A stretch of DNA of 61,010 nucleotides from Nemertoderma westbladi (Eukaryota; Animalia; Xenacoelomorpha): contig JAUCBJ010006562.1 of the NCBI GenBank assembly GCA_032718475.1, forward strand, positions 1 to 61,010, written 5' to 3'. The position numbers and the translations under genes are program-made. This document shows, piece by piece, positions 1 to 10,575 of this stretch. The notes below the pieces were generated by a model. It ran no database searches. It was given only the letters and a program-made list of their open reading frames with translations, and was not told the origin of the DNA. The first letter of the stretch is position 1. Each line of letters begins with the position of its first letter.

Positions 1-235
1 CAATAAACAACCACTAATTCAAACAGCATTATGGAATACCGGTAATGCAACGAGGTAATCAATAATTAAGCTAAATACCAATGAATAAGTACAATAAAGT
101 AGCCCAACGAGTTATATTAATATTATACCAAAGATTAAATATATTAAATGCTGGTATTTCACAAATTAAGTCCTAAAATAACTATTACCAAATAGTTGAA
201 TTGAAATAGCAATTCAATACTCATTTATGCTTAAA

Positions 236-955
236 TTATCGAAGAGAAAACCAAATCAAAAAAATAATTAAACCGCCAACGAGAGAAGCTAATAGCAAAG
301 TCTCTTTCTTCTTTCTAACATAAATCTTATTAATTAAATTGTTAATGACTGGGAACCGAGTGGTTATAGCCCCGATCCGATTGGTCACGCCCTGAAGAAC
401 GCCGCGCTGCGATTGGAGGTTCTCTTTGGTCGCCATGGCGACATCGATGGCTTCTTCGGTTAGACGATCCGCGTTCTTGATATGTTGGTGTTCTTTCAGA
501 AACAACTCTGTCCGTCTACTCAACCCGGATTGGCCACCCTCCGACTGCGTAGAGGAAGTGTTGCCTAGTAACTCTTCCCGTTCGCGTATGGAATCGATGA
601 CTCTTTTGGTTTTACTGTACTCGTGCGAGTAATCCTGTAGGATGTCTCTGTGTCGTTGTAACACGTGCAGTACGGTGCTACCGGCAGCTGTGGTGCTGTT
701 GTGGTTTAGTAGGTCGGACAGTTGGTCGTTAACCTCGGTGAGTTTGGTCAGCAGAGAGTCAATTTCCATGATCATGGTGTCGATCATGGCTTCATTGTTT
801 CCTAGTAACGGCTGACGGTCACTGCCTGCTTTTTGGGCATGAGCTGAACCGAGTTTACTGAGCGTGACGAGTTTTAAGTCGATTTCGTTCTCCAACTGAC
901 GTGCCTGCCGTCTCAATCCTTCCCAATTAACAGATGAATGAGTGGATGATATCAT
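236..955 (-). CDS. GOSR1: Golgi SNAP receptor complex member 1 (Gos28, Qb-SNARE), single exon, 239 aa
   Basis: Translation has the GOSR1 N-terminus (WEGLRRQARQLENEIDLKLV), the HVLQRHRDILQDY..EY motif, a SNARE coiled coil (..KENLQSQRG..RFPVINNLINKI..RK) and a C-terminal TM anchor. The track ORF starts at TTG 988; the first ATG is at 955 (aaaaATG context). Confidence 0.93.
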   Translation of the reverse strand: MISSTHSSVNWEGLRRQARQLENEIDLKLVTLSKLGSAHAQKAGSDRQPLLGNNEAMIDTMIMEIDSLLTKLTEVNDQLSDLLNHNSTTAAGSTVLHVLQRHRDILQDYSHEYSKTKRVIDSIREREELLGNTSSTQSEGGQSGLSRRTELFLKEHQHIKNADRLTEEAIDVAMATKENLQSQRGVLQGVTNRIGAITTRFPVINNLINKIYVRKKKETLLLASLVGGLIIFLIWFSLR

Positions 956-1106
956 TTTTGTTACGCTGACATAAATTCTGAAATTCAATTCTCACCTAGT
1001 AAATTCAGAAATTAGTGCAGTAGGCCTAGTGTAGTCTGGTAACTGGGTAAGTAGAGCTCAGGAGCTACAGACTTAATTCGTGTAATTCGGTAATTTGTCA
1101 ATTAGC

Positions 1107-1910
1107 GGTACGTACTAAAAGCTAGAACGATCTATAACGGGCTATAACGATCTATAACGGGCTATAACTTCCTATAAACAAGCTATGCTATAACCACCTA
1201 TCAGCCTGGTCGATATAGAACAGGGCCTACAGGAATATAGTTAGCAATAGCAATATATGACATAGACATAGGCCAATAAAAAAAACTTACCAGTATCAAT
1301 TAGGCATAGGCCCCTAGGCAGATAGGCCTACCTTAATTTTTAACCTGCGGTATTTTTAAGACCACCGTGTTAATCCAAAAGTTAAACACACCCAAAGGGC
1401 GTTTTTTTAATGTAAATTTTAATATTATAGCTCGTTATAGGCTGCCAGGAGCTGACAGCAGATACTGGCTGACTGGGATAGCAGGATGGAGGATAGACAG
1501 AGAGATGGGAGACCTCTCCACTACTGCCACTAATTGTGGTGCAGGGTATGTTTTATCGACAATTATTAAATAAATAAAACAATAAGTCAAATAAAAATGC
1601 TGCGCTGCACTGCAGCACTGTCTGATAGTCAGATAATGCAGTAGTGACATGCTGACTAATGCAGTAATGACTGATTTCGTGATACCACAAAGATGAAATA
1701 AAAGCATTATGGACTAAAAAACCAAACTGCGTAATTAACAGATTATATTACTGACTAGGAAAATAAATCCATTCTAAAATATGTTTTTTTATTGTAAATT
1801 TTCCTATTATAGCTCGAAGCTGATTAGAGCTTGAAGCTTGTTATAGGAAGTTATAGCCCGTATAGATCGTTATAGCCCGTTATAGATCGTTCTACCTTTT
1901 AGTACGTACC
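1107..1910. mobile_element. Non-autonomous DNA transposon (MULE/Mutator-like MITE)
   Basis: ~75-bp TIRs with internal ~20-bp subrepeats (GGTACGTACTAAAAG.TAGAACGATCTATAACGGGCTATAAC... / ...GTTCTACCTTTTAGTACGTACC). Flanks TCAATTAGC (1098-1106) and TAAATTAGC (1911-1919) match 8/9, consistent with a 9-bp TSD. Confidence 0.8.
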
Positions 1911-2187
1911 TAAATTAGCTCAAATTGTCAAATTTAAGCAGTAATCGGGAAACAGGGTCTGAGGGTACCGGAAATGTTCTGTAGTTAGGCTACTGTTGAT
2001 ATTTACAGAAATGCTCTATTAGGCGCCTTCCGAATTAAACATTTAGACGAAATCTGCGAATCGTTACTGACAATGAATACCGGTTCTGTGGTCTGGTACG
2101 CGGTACCTATGACAGTATGACCTAAGCAAAGCACTACCCGCAGTAAGCTTTTAAGCTACATCACATGGGTAAATCTTTTCGACTATT

Positions 2188-2326
2188 AGCTATGCTACGC
2201 GTAGTTCGCAACATTGGGTCATATATCACCAGTTTCAGAGTTTTAACATTAACTACGCTTAGGTGCTACGCATAGCTACGCGTAGTTCCTACGCGTAGGT
2301 GCTACGTATAGCTACGCGTAGGTGCT
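2188..2326. repeat. Cluster of short palindromic repeats (CTACGCGTAG and variants), probably a subterminal region of a decayed DNA transposon
   Basis: Repeated gctacgcgtag / ctacgcgtaggtgcta units. No paired TIR found. Confidence 0.45.
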
Positions 2327-3186
2327 ATACCCAACATGCCTATACGACGTTTATCATTATAGTAGGCCTACGTATTCCAAGCGGTTCAGTACTAAAATAA
2401 GACAATACTGTATGTTCAATATACAACCATCAAATGCTTTCTACAGTAACGTACTGTATCCTATGTAACATATTCTTCACTTCATGCGTTGCGTGCGCTA
2501 AAATGTGTTAATAGTGTTTAGAGTTCAAAAATAGTTTACAAAGGAAATAGGCCGATGGTTCTTATCGATTCTCCATTGCTTTTTATTGCCTTTGTTCACG
2601 AGAGGGCAAGGATATTACTGTATTTAATATGATAACCCTTGACAAGGGAAGGGGGAGAGTAGTAGGAGTATGGGCGGCTCGGTGACACTTAGACCCTACT
2701 CATGACTCATCGCTTAGGAATGTGGCACCTAGGGTGTCATTGGCGCCAAGCTGTCTAGGTGACACCTCCCAATTAGGCTATAGACCCTAATTGACGGGTG
2801 TCATCAATTAATTAGTACATTTAATCCCTAAGAGGTGTCTTACGACTCCTAATTAGGGTTTAATTGATTATTCTAATTATTCAGACCGATTAGCGCCCTG
2901 AAACCCATTGGGTCATGAGTGTTATCTAACCATCACCTAGACGGCCATACGGGTGTCATAAGTGACACCTCTGATCTTTTATTTATTGGTATTTATTTAT
3001 TTGTATTTAATTTTAAATTATTTAATTGTTCTACTGTGTTATAATTTATGTTTTATTATATATAACAAGCTATATCTTGTTAATCTTTATTAATTTTCTT
3101 TTTTTTTGTTTTTTCTCTTTTTTCTTTGTACCCTGACCAGGTACAGTATTCGAGGGCGCCGCTGTTTCCATTGATCCTACTCTTAA

Positions 3187-3927
3187 GGGGGGGGGGGGGG
3201 GTACACCATTTTCGGACAACTCTTCGATTTATCACTCTCAGCGTTTCAAAATTGTTTGGTTTTGGCTAAAATTTGGCATATAGGTGCCTAAGATGTTATT
3301 CTATATGACAGGTCAGAAAAAAAAAATTTTCGCTATTTAATATTAGTTAATACTAGTTAACAATAAAAAAAACTTGGTTGCGCTTAAAACCCTAAGGCTT
3401 TTAAAGTTTTGAATCTAATCACATGAAAGTTTTTTTATATGATAGATCAAAGATGGGGCAACATAACTATCAGGCGAAATTTTTTTAAAATAATTCTGCA
3501 CCGCTAGGTGGCGCTGCAAATTTATGCAAATTTTTAGGTTTTTTATAAATAGTATTAAATTTTATTAACAAAAAATTTAGAAAAGTTGTCTGATACTTTT
3601 ATGCAGGGTGGCTATCTAGACACCCATAGGAAGTTTCAGACTAATTACTCAAAAATTGTAGAAGTAGTAGGCTTTTGAAGTTGACAATTTCATAAAAAAA
3701 ATATTTGGAGATAATCGACCTTTCATTATACATAGTAATAGTAATTTCCATAGGATTCCCTAAATGGGAATTTACATAACTTGAAAACTAAAAGAACTAT
3801 TAAATAGCGGTTTTCAGATTTGGAAACACCATTCAATGGTGCATTATAATAGACCATAAAAACATATATAAAATAAAAATATATAAAAATATAAAAAATA
3901 TTTTGGACCAAAATGGTGTACCTCCCC
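3187..3927. mobile_element. Non-autonomous DNA transposon with TTAA TSD (Kolobok-like MITE)
   Basis: TTAA|GGGG...GTACACCATTTT at the left and AAAATGGTGTACCTCCCC|TTAA at the right. TTAA on both sides with purine (GG) termini rather than piggyBac-type CCC. Confidence 0.75.
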
Positions 3928-4420
3928 TTAAAACGATCTAACCTACGTATAATTAATTATTTAAGTCTGCGAGCCATGCGTAATTAGCAAATCTCGTTTA
4001 CCAGTTTTCCTTAAATACTATGAAGCTATATTGCTTACGAGTTCCGAGGGGCGAGCCAGGTTTCAGACTTATTTAGATATATTATTACATAATTTTGACC
4101 CCTCAGTCGCTATCCATTACAATATAGGCTATATCTTTTACGGAGTCGCAGAGTAGTCTGAAGTTCCCCAGTTTGCCGCTAGAGGGCAAAATGTCTCAAA
4201 GTGAAAACCTGATCTCAATTGATTGTTTTTAATCCATTTAGGCTGAAACTTGGCAGATATCTACTATGCCATAGGCAATACTTTACTGAGGAGGTTGATC
4301 GACCCACAGTTCTCCTGTCTCAGACTATGCCTCACTGAGGCTCAGTCTGCTGCTAAAGACTCGGATTTAAGACCCGAGGCACTCCTAAAATCTCGAGTTT
4401 TAGGTCTGAGGCTGAGGCAT

Positions 4421-5114
4421 AGACTATGCCTCTCACTGAGGCTCAGACTATGCCTCACTAAGGCTCAGACTATGCCGCACTGAGGCTCAGACTATGCCTC
4501 ACTGAGGCCCACACTATGCCTCACTGAAGCTCAGACTATGTCTCACTGAGGCTCAGACTATGCCTCACTGAGGCTCAGACTATGCCTCATTGAGGCTCAG
4601 ACTATGCCTCACTGAGGCACTGAGGCTCAGAATATGCCTCACTGAGGCACTGAAGCTCAGACTATGCCTCACTGAGGCTCAGACTATGCCTCACTGAGGC
4701 TCAGACTATGCCTCACTGAGGCTCAGACTATGCCTCACTGAGGCTCAGACTATGCCTCACTGAGGCTCAGACTATGCCTCATTGAGGCTCAGAGTATGCC
4801 TCACTGAGGCTCAGACTATGCTCCAGGCACTGAGGTTCAGACTATGTCTCATTAAGGCTCAGACTATGCCTCACTGAGGCTCAGACTATGCCTCACTTAG
4901 GCTCAGACTATGCCTCACAGATGCTCAGACTATGCCTCACTGATGCTCAGACTATGCCTCACTGAGGCTCAGACTATGCCTCACTGAGGCTCAGACTATG
5001 CCTCACAGATGCTCAGACTATGCCTCACGGCTCACTGATGCTCAGACTATGCCTCACTGAGGCTCAGACTATGTTCCAGGCACTGAGGCGGCTCAGACTA
5101 TGCCTCACTGAGGC
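4421..5114. repeat. 22-bp minisatellite (CAGACTATGCCTCACTGAGGCT)n, about 31 copies
   Basis: Direct tandem units, each containing the dyad GCCTCA-C-TGAGGC. A solo unit lies at ~4319-4346. Confidence 0.95.
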
Positions 5115-5154
5115 ACGGCCTCAGATTGAGGGTCTAAGCCTTCAAGCTGATCAT

Positions 5155-5197
5155 TTGGCTTAGTTTTCTAATTAGAAGGTCGTGAGTTCGAACCCCT
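5155..5197 (+). mobile_element. Degenerate tRNA-derived (SINE-head-like) remnant
   Basis: GGTCGTGAGTTCGAACCCC matches a Pol III B-box context. No full cloverleaf can be built. Confidence 0.35.
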
Positions 5198-5547
5198 TCG
5201 AAACCCCCTAGAAAGAAGAGCATTATTATTTTTCCTAGCTCTTTGTTGACTTTAGTTGACACTAGCTTCGACTCTCCCAGCTATAGTGAGAGTATATCAT
5301 TTGTTGAGAGAGTAAACAAATGGAAACAAATAGTGATAGTATGCAACCTTGGGAGTTAATGCGCCGTCTTATGAGTAAAGATCAAGAGATTAGACTTCAG
5401 GTTGCCTCTGTTGGTTCACTCTTCTTAACTTTACAAAATAATTCAACCCTTATTTAAAGTTTTAAAAATTATGTCTTAGTCGACTAATTTTCCAAAGTAT
5501 ATTATAAAAAACATATAATTTCTTGAATAAATAGACCTAATAGTAAT

Positions 5548-5668
5548 CAGGGACTGGCATCGAATCGAATCGAAAACAATTTTTCGACTTCGATTTGCCA
5601 TATATTTTTGGATTCGATTTCGATTCGATTCAGGTAAAAAATTTCGACTTCGATTCGATTATTCGACC
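5548..5668 (+). mobile_element. One end of a hAT-like MITE
   Basis: Begins CAGGGACTGGC and is followed by dense TTCGA/TCGAA subterminal repeats. The partner end was not found in the window. Confidence 0.45.
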
Positions 5669-6140
5669 TTTGAATATTAACTTAATTATTTGTCATTAAA
5701 TACCGGTATACATTATAAATTGTATTCTTAAATTGTTACTTTGAATTGGAACTTCTTAAATTGAATCACAATGGTTGAAAGAGCATCGAAGTAGAAAAGG
5801 TTTGTAAGTACTGTAATTAGAGCAAAATCTAATCACACCTCAAAAGTTATTGTAACTTTTTAGTGTTGTGTGCACGGTGTACACCAAAACATAATTCAAT
5901 ATCCAATAGTTTATGTACGAAGTTAAGCGGCTATCTAATTACGTAATAAATATTCGAGAACACTAAATTATTTAACATTGAGTAAGGCAGCATCAGGAGT
6001 TGAATAGTACAATAAATAATGTTAATTGCAGTAACCATGGAAGCAATATAGTAAAATACCAGTTCAATTTATTTTGAACACTATTTTGTTCAATCTTTTA
6101 TTAAAGAATTGAGCAACAAAAAGTACAAATTTAATAATAC

Positions 6141-6258
6141 AATTACGTATTACATGGGAAAAAACGTAGAAAATTATAAAAAATTTATATAAAATACAGT
6201 AGGCCTACCTCGAGAATAGTGGAAAAAGTTGTACTTTTTTCCCATGTAATAAATAATT
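6141..6258. repeat. Short palindromic element
   Basis: TATTACATGGGAAAAAA (6148-) pairs with TTTTTTCCCATGTAATA (-6251); imperfect pairing extends a few bases further. Confidence 0.65.
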
Positions 6259-6369
6259 ATTTTTATATTTTACTTTTGGCCAAATTATGCCAAAAATTAA
6301 TATGTATGTACATTATTCCATTAGGGACCAGGGGTGGGGTCCGTACCTGACAAGATTGTAGCATAGCAC

Positions 6370-6553
6370 AGGTGAGTACAAATCAAAGACTCAAGACCTG
6401 TACAAAAACCTGTGTTAACTTTCGTTTATTGTTTTGGTTCCCAAAACACGCCTCTGTAACCTGCTCCTTTACTAACCTGCTACTTAAATGGCAATGGAAC
6501 CTAACGCTCTTTAGGACCTAACTCGACTTTACCTCTTTGTTTTGTACTCACCC
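6370..6553. mobile_element. Small MITE, family with GGTGAGTACAAA termini
   Basis: GGTGAGTACAAA (6371-6382) pairs with TTTGTACTCACC (6541-6552). The body is the reverse complement of the copy at 18613-19035; further fragments at ~19546-19573 and ~23162-23215. Confidence 0.7.
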
Positions 6554-6853
6554 AGCAGAGCACAGCTATTGTATTATAGACTAGCATCGAAAGTCCTGGA
6601 TTTACTGTATATTCATCAAGCTGTGGTATATTACAGTAGGCCCCCCTCACACGTAGCAAATAATTGTTTCTGCAATTTGTTGTGAAACTTGATGCTGGAC
6701 TCCTCACACGCGGTAAACTCTTTTCTCAAAAAAATAACAGTATTTTAAAAATAATAGTTAACATGTCCACTCACACACGGGAAACTTGTTGCTCAAGAAA
6801 AGAATTATTTAATAACTATTTACATCATTGTTTGCAAAGTAGCACTTTGCAGT

Positions 6854-6929
6854 GTTATGACCCGAGTTTATTTATGTACCGAGCGAGCGCAGCGAGGGAG
6901 GTTTACATAAATAAACAAGGGTCTTTAAC
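6854..6929. repeat. Short palindromic element with CGAGCGCAGCGAGG core
   Basis: GACCC..GTTTATTTATGTA arm pairs with TACATAAATAAAC..GGGTC around a ccgagcgagcgcagcgaggg centre. Confidence 0.65.
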
Positions 6930-6980
6930 GCTGAAAAGTTACCTTTGCAAGCAATGATGTATGTAATTTTGTTACATTAC

Positions 6981-8103
6981 TACTACTACGATCGGCATGC
7001 TGCATTGCAGCTGCATTTTTGAGAATACTGTGCCGGCTTGTCGACAAAATTGCGCCGCCACAACTCCCTATCACCCATGACATTTGCTAAGATCATCCGC
7101 ATCTTCAAGGCCAGTGTCCTTTAAGATGAGTCTCAAGAAAGTCATGGGCTGTCCACCATGCTTATTCACTCCAATAGGCTGCCAAAGTACAAGATTATGC
7201 AGTGGCTGGTCCTCACGGCGAAAGCAATGTCCTGCAAAGCGGAGGCGATTTTGTTCTAGTGTCAAGCTTGGGGGAACCAATGAGACACCTCCAATGTTAT
7301 ATAGTGTCTGGTTGGAGATGTGTGCACTGTACTTGACACAATGAACCCGGCGTAGCATTCTTGTGAATGTGCCATCCAGAGATTTGGTGTCCTCAGCAGT
7401 TAGAGCCCAGCATGGACCCCCATAGAGGAGTACTGGAACTACTGCTGCTCTAAATAATCGGACCTCAAGTTTCCGATTAATTCTCGGTGACTTCCAAATC
7501 CTGGAAAGCCTATGCAAGGCTGCCCATGCCTTTCCCTTACGTATTTGAAGGTCCTCACCTGACTTCCGGATCCATGATCCCAGGTAACAGAAGTCGTCCA
7601 CATGCTCAAGCATACCATCCTTTGAGCTTATGCTCATCCGATCAGAAACTTGCTGAGGACTTTCAAAGTTAACTGTCAAAATTTTGGTCTTTCTAGAGTT
7701 AATAAAAAGACCAACACTAGAAGCAGCATGTTCTAATGAGCTGAGGAGTCGTTGGGCTCCCTCTAGTGATTCTGAGAGTACTCCTAAGTCATCAGCAAAG
7801 TCTAGATCAGTTAGGTACTTGGAAGGATTTCCTCGACTTCTGGAGCCAGTAGGTGGAGTTATCATCACCCCATCATCATTATGATGATCTAAGGACATGC
7901 GTAGAACATAGTCAACCACAATTATGAACAAGAACGGTGCAAGTGTGTCTCCCTGGAGGACGCCCCATAACACTTCCAATGGTTCTGTGTCACCGTCAAC
8001 AGTAGACACAAATGTTCTCGAACCATCGTATACTGATCTGATTGCTGCACTAATTTAATCAGGAATCCCATATAATGAAAGTATGCTGAACATACATCCT
8101 ATA
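6981..8103 (-). mobile_element. 5'-truncated RTE-clade non-LTR retrotransposon (reverse transcriptase pseudogene)
   Basis: RT motifs GVLQGDTLAPFLF, DLDFADD and FCYLGS. In-frame stop upstream (YGIPD*ISAAI). A frameshift near 7090 hides the RTE-type C-terminus MGDRELWRR. (TAG)n tail. TSD TTGTTACATTAC at 6969-6980 and 8104-8115. Confidence 0.9.
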
Positions 8104-8263
8104 TTGTTACATTACGTCAACTTATCAGCGTTCGGTATGTGAACAAAGGATTTTATGGATACTGATTTATACATTTTAATCTGTACAATAACACTATATT
8201 ACAATTAAAATAAACCAGATTGGAACATGGGAACTGCAAAGGATATGTATTGTAAAGCGGGGA

Positions 8264-9610
8264 CTAATTCCCAACCCCACGAGGAGGTTCAATAACCCCG
8301 ATCTCTCCAGAGATCCACTCAGACTCGATAGATTCCCGTAACATCCGCACAGCGTAACTTATATGTGAGACGGATGCGACATTGGAGTTACCTAGCAACG
8401 AGGATTCCCGTTCCAGAATATCGGCGAGTCCGCCGAGGAGATCCGCGAAACCGAAACACAAAGCGGCTTCGCGAACGCGGTTGAGTTCCTTGTAGAAAGT
8501 CGCGTTTCTCTCGGGGAGTTTCCTGGCCGCGCGGAGGACTTTCTGCACGTCGGAGAGGAGAGACTGCGGACGAGTCCAGGTGACCGAGGAGCCGCAGTAA
8601 CTAGGCAACGTGGTCGCGGTGTCGCCAAGCAACCAGTCGTAGAGCGGGGCCGGCGCGGGGACCGGGGTGGAGGAAGGAGCGAGTAGGATTAATACGAGAT
8701 TCGATTTCTTTTTATTGTCCGACCACGCCGATACGTATCCCCGCTGCGAGCCGGGAACGAGAGAGACCAGTGCGACGGCATTGGGTTGCGATTGCTTTAA
8801 CGCACCGTGTATCAGTACGCAGAGGGACGCGGGTTTATTAACTCGCGATTCGGGTTGCGTCACGAGGTGCCGCGATTGCGAGGGCGCTGACGCTACTGAT
8901 TGGCTGTCTAGGAAGCCGCATATATCCAATCGAGTGGCTTCTACGTCCAGGGAAGGGGTTAGTTGCACGGGGGCCTCTAGACTGCCGCAATGCAACGGAA
9001 TAATAAAGGGTTTGTAATGAAACTCCGCCGCGGATATAAACGACTCATTGGGGTTGGCGCTGTCGACGGTAAATATATGGCCGTTGTTTTTATTTATTTT
9101 AATTAGTTCGTTAAAATTGTGGGAATTAACTCGAGAATCTGTTATTATAACGGATAGTCTACACGGGAAGCCGAAGTTACCGCTTTCTTCGAACTGCGGG
9201 GTGAATGGTTTAGAATCTCTGTGGTGGCCATCCGTGATGAGGATCACGTGGCCGTCGCGTAGCAACGACCATTCATCGTTGAATACAGTGGTCGCGAATG
9301 TTATCGCTTTGGGTACGTCAGTTAGGTTGTATTCTAGAACGGCCCCGTTGGATAGGGATGATTTTAGCGCGTGTGTATCGCGGGTGAAGGGTTGGATGAG
9401 TTTAGAGTCGGCGGCGAATGTCGCTATAGCAACGTATTCCAAGCGGGCATTTGTCGAAGCGTAGTCCAGGATGGCGGATATCCCGGTAGAGGCTACGTCT
9501 AGGTGAGTGGGGAGGTTCGGCGTTTGTGCGGTTCCATTGTTGGGTGTGGGAGTGGATTGGAAAGGGCGTCCCATAGAAAGAGAAACATCCAGTAGAATTA
9601 CCGTAGGCAT
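8264..9610 (-). CDS. INTS14: Integrator complex subunit 14 (VWA9), single exon, 448 aa
   Basis: N-terminal VWA/MIDAS-like MPTVILLDVSLSM and ILITDG; C-terminal PSY....W..PQSLLSDVQKVLRAARKLPE....FYKELNRVREAALCFGF..LL...ADILERE characteristic of INTS14. Confidence 0.9.
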   Translation of the reverse strand: MPTVILLDVSLSMGRPFQSTPTPNNGTAQTPNLPTHLDVASTGISAILDYASTNARLEYVAIATFAADSKLIQPFTRDTHALKSSLSNGAVLEYNLTDVPKAITFATTVFNDEWSLLRDGHVILITDGHHRDSKPFTPQFEESGNFGFPCRLSVIITDSRVNSHNFNELIKINKNNGHIFTVDSANPNESFISAAEFHYKPFIIPLHCGSLEAPVQLTPSLDVEATRLDICGFLDSQSVASAPSQSRHLVTQPESRVNKPASLCVLIHGALKQSQPNAVALVSLVPGSQRGYVSAWSDNKKKSNLVLILLAPSSTPVPAPAPLYDWLLGDTATTLPSYCGSSVTWTRPQSLLSDVQKVLRAARKLPERNATFYKELNRVREAALCFGFADLLGGLADILERESSLLGNSNVASVSHISYAVRMLRESIESEWISGEIGVIEPPRGVGN

Positions 9611-9902
9611 GGTGATACAGCTGTGAACTGTAGAAGGTCTAGAACTGCAGATACTGTAGAAGGCCTAGAGCAGTAGAGCTAGAACTGCAGAACACTGTCA
9701 CTGTCAACAGAACTGCACCTCTAGTTACTTTTCATATGAAAAGTGACCCCTGCAGTCGTTGTTGGTTTCGGTATTGAAGTTTTGAAGTTAATAATAATAA
9801 GCCAGAGGCAGAGCCAAGGAGTACTTAGTACCTAGTAGTAGTTCTCCATTTTTTGATAATTTATTATTGGTGATTTATGTAAATGGGTGGTTTCATATTA
9901 TT

Positions 9903-10181
9903 ATAACTTTTGTTGATTGTTGGGCACAGGCACAGCTTTGCGAAGTAGGCAATGACGTCCAGGTGGGATCGAACTGGTGACCTCCGGGTTGGAAGTCTGA
10001 CGCTCTAACCATTCAGCTAGCGGTTCAGGTAAAAGGTAGACCTGGAAATACTACCTGATACCTTGTATGTCCGGAATTGACCTCCTCATGCCAACCCAGA
10101 GCGCCGGAGGTCACGAGTTTGATTCCACCTGGACGTCATTGCCGACTTTGCAAAGCTGTGCCTGTGCCCAACAAAAGTTAT
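9903..10181. mobile_element. Inverted-repeat element whose arms are tRNA-like, facing outwards
   Basis: Left arm ~9903-9987 is the reverse complement of right arm ~10104-10181. The minus strand at ~9953-10022 reads TAGCTGAATGG (A box)..GACTTCCAA..AGTTCGATCC (B box). A third partial copy lies at 21655-21714. Confidence 0.75.
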
Positions 10182-10497
10182 GATAGTAGTAGTCCTTGAT
10201 AGAGTTGTAGTACTAGAGTTTAGTCCTTCACCACATCCCTCAGGTTACATTCTCGTTTTGCCCGTAGTCAGCTGTTTGTGCGTCGATTTTTCCCTTTTAT
10301 TGTTTATTGACACGGGATCAATTTTGATTGTGTTGGATTCTTGTGGTGTTTCTTGTGGGTATTTGCTATTGCTGTCTGACTTTGCGATTCTTTTGGCGCT
10401 GGATTTGTCTTTAAATTATCTACAAACCTATTCATACTATTTTATACGGTGGCTGAATGCGGCCAATTTTTTCCAGACAAAAATAATATTTACTTAC

Positions 10498-10575
10498 CGC
10501 CGGTCACCCGCGGTCACTCGCGGTCAACGCCGGTCACCACCGGTTACCCGCGGTACCACCGGTCACCCGCGGTGA
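10498..10575. repeat. Degenerate 10-bp GC-rich tandem repeat (CGGTCACCCG)n
   Basis: About 7 imperfect units in an otherwise AT-rich context. Confidence 0.75.

Noticed and set aside
978-995. 18-nt GT..AG micro-intron upstream of the GOSR1 ATG (minus strand)
   Set aside because: Too short for typical animal splicing and unsupported without transcripts.
2672-2975. Possible MITE with GACACC/GGTGTC subrepeats
   Set aside because: The ends are too degenerate to define a TIR or TSD.
9953-10022. Functional tRNA gene
   Set aside because: A and B boxes are present, but the acceptor and anticodon stems do not pair properly and the sequence belongs to a repeat family.
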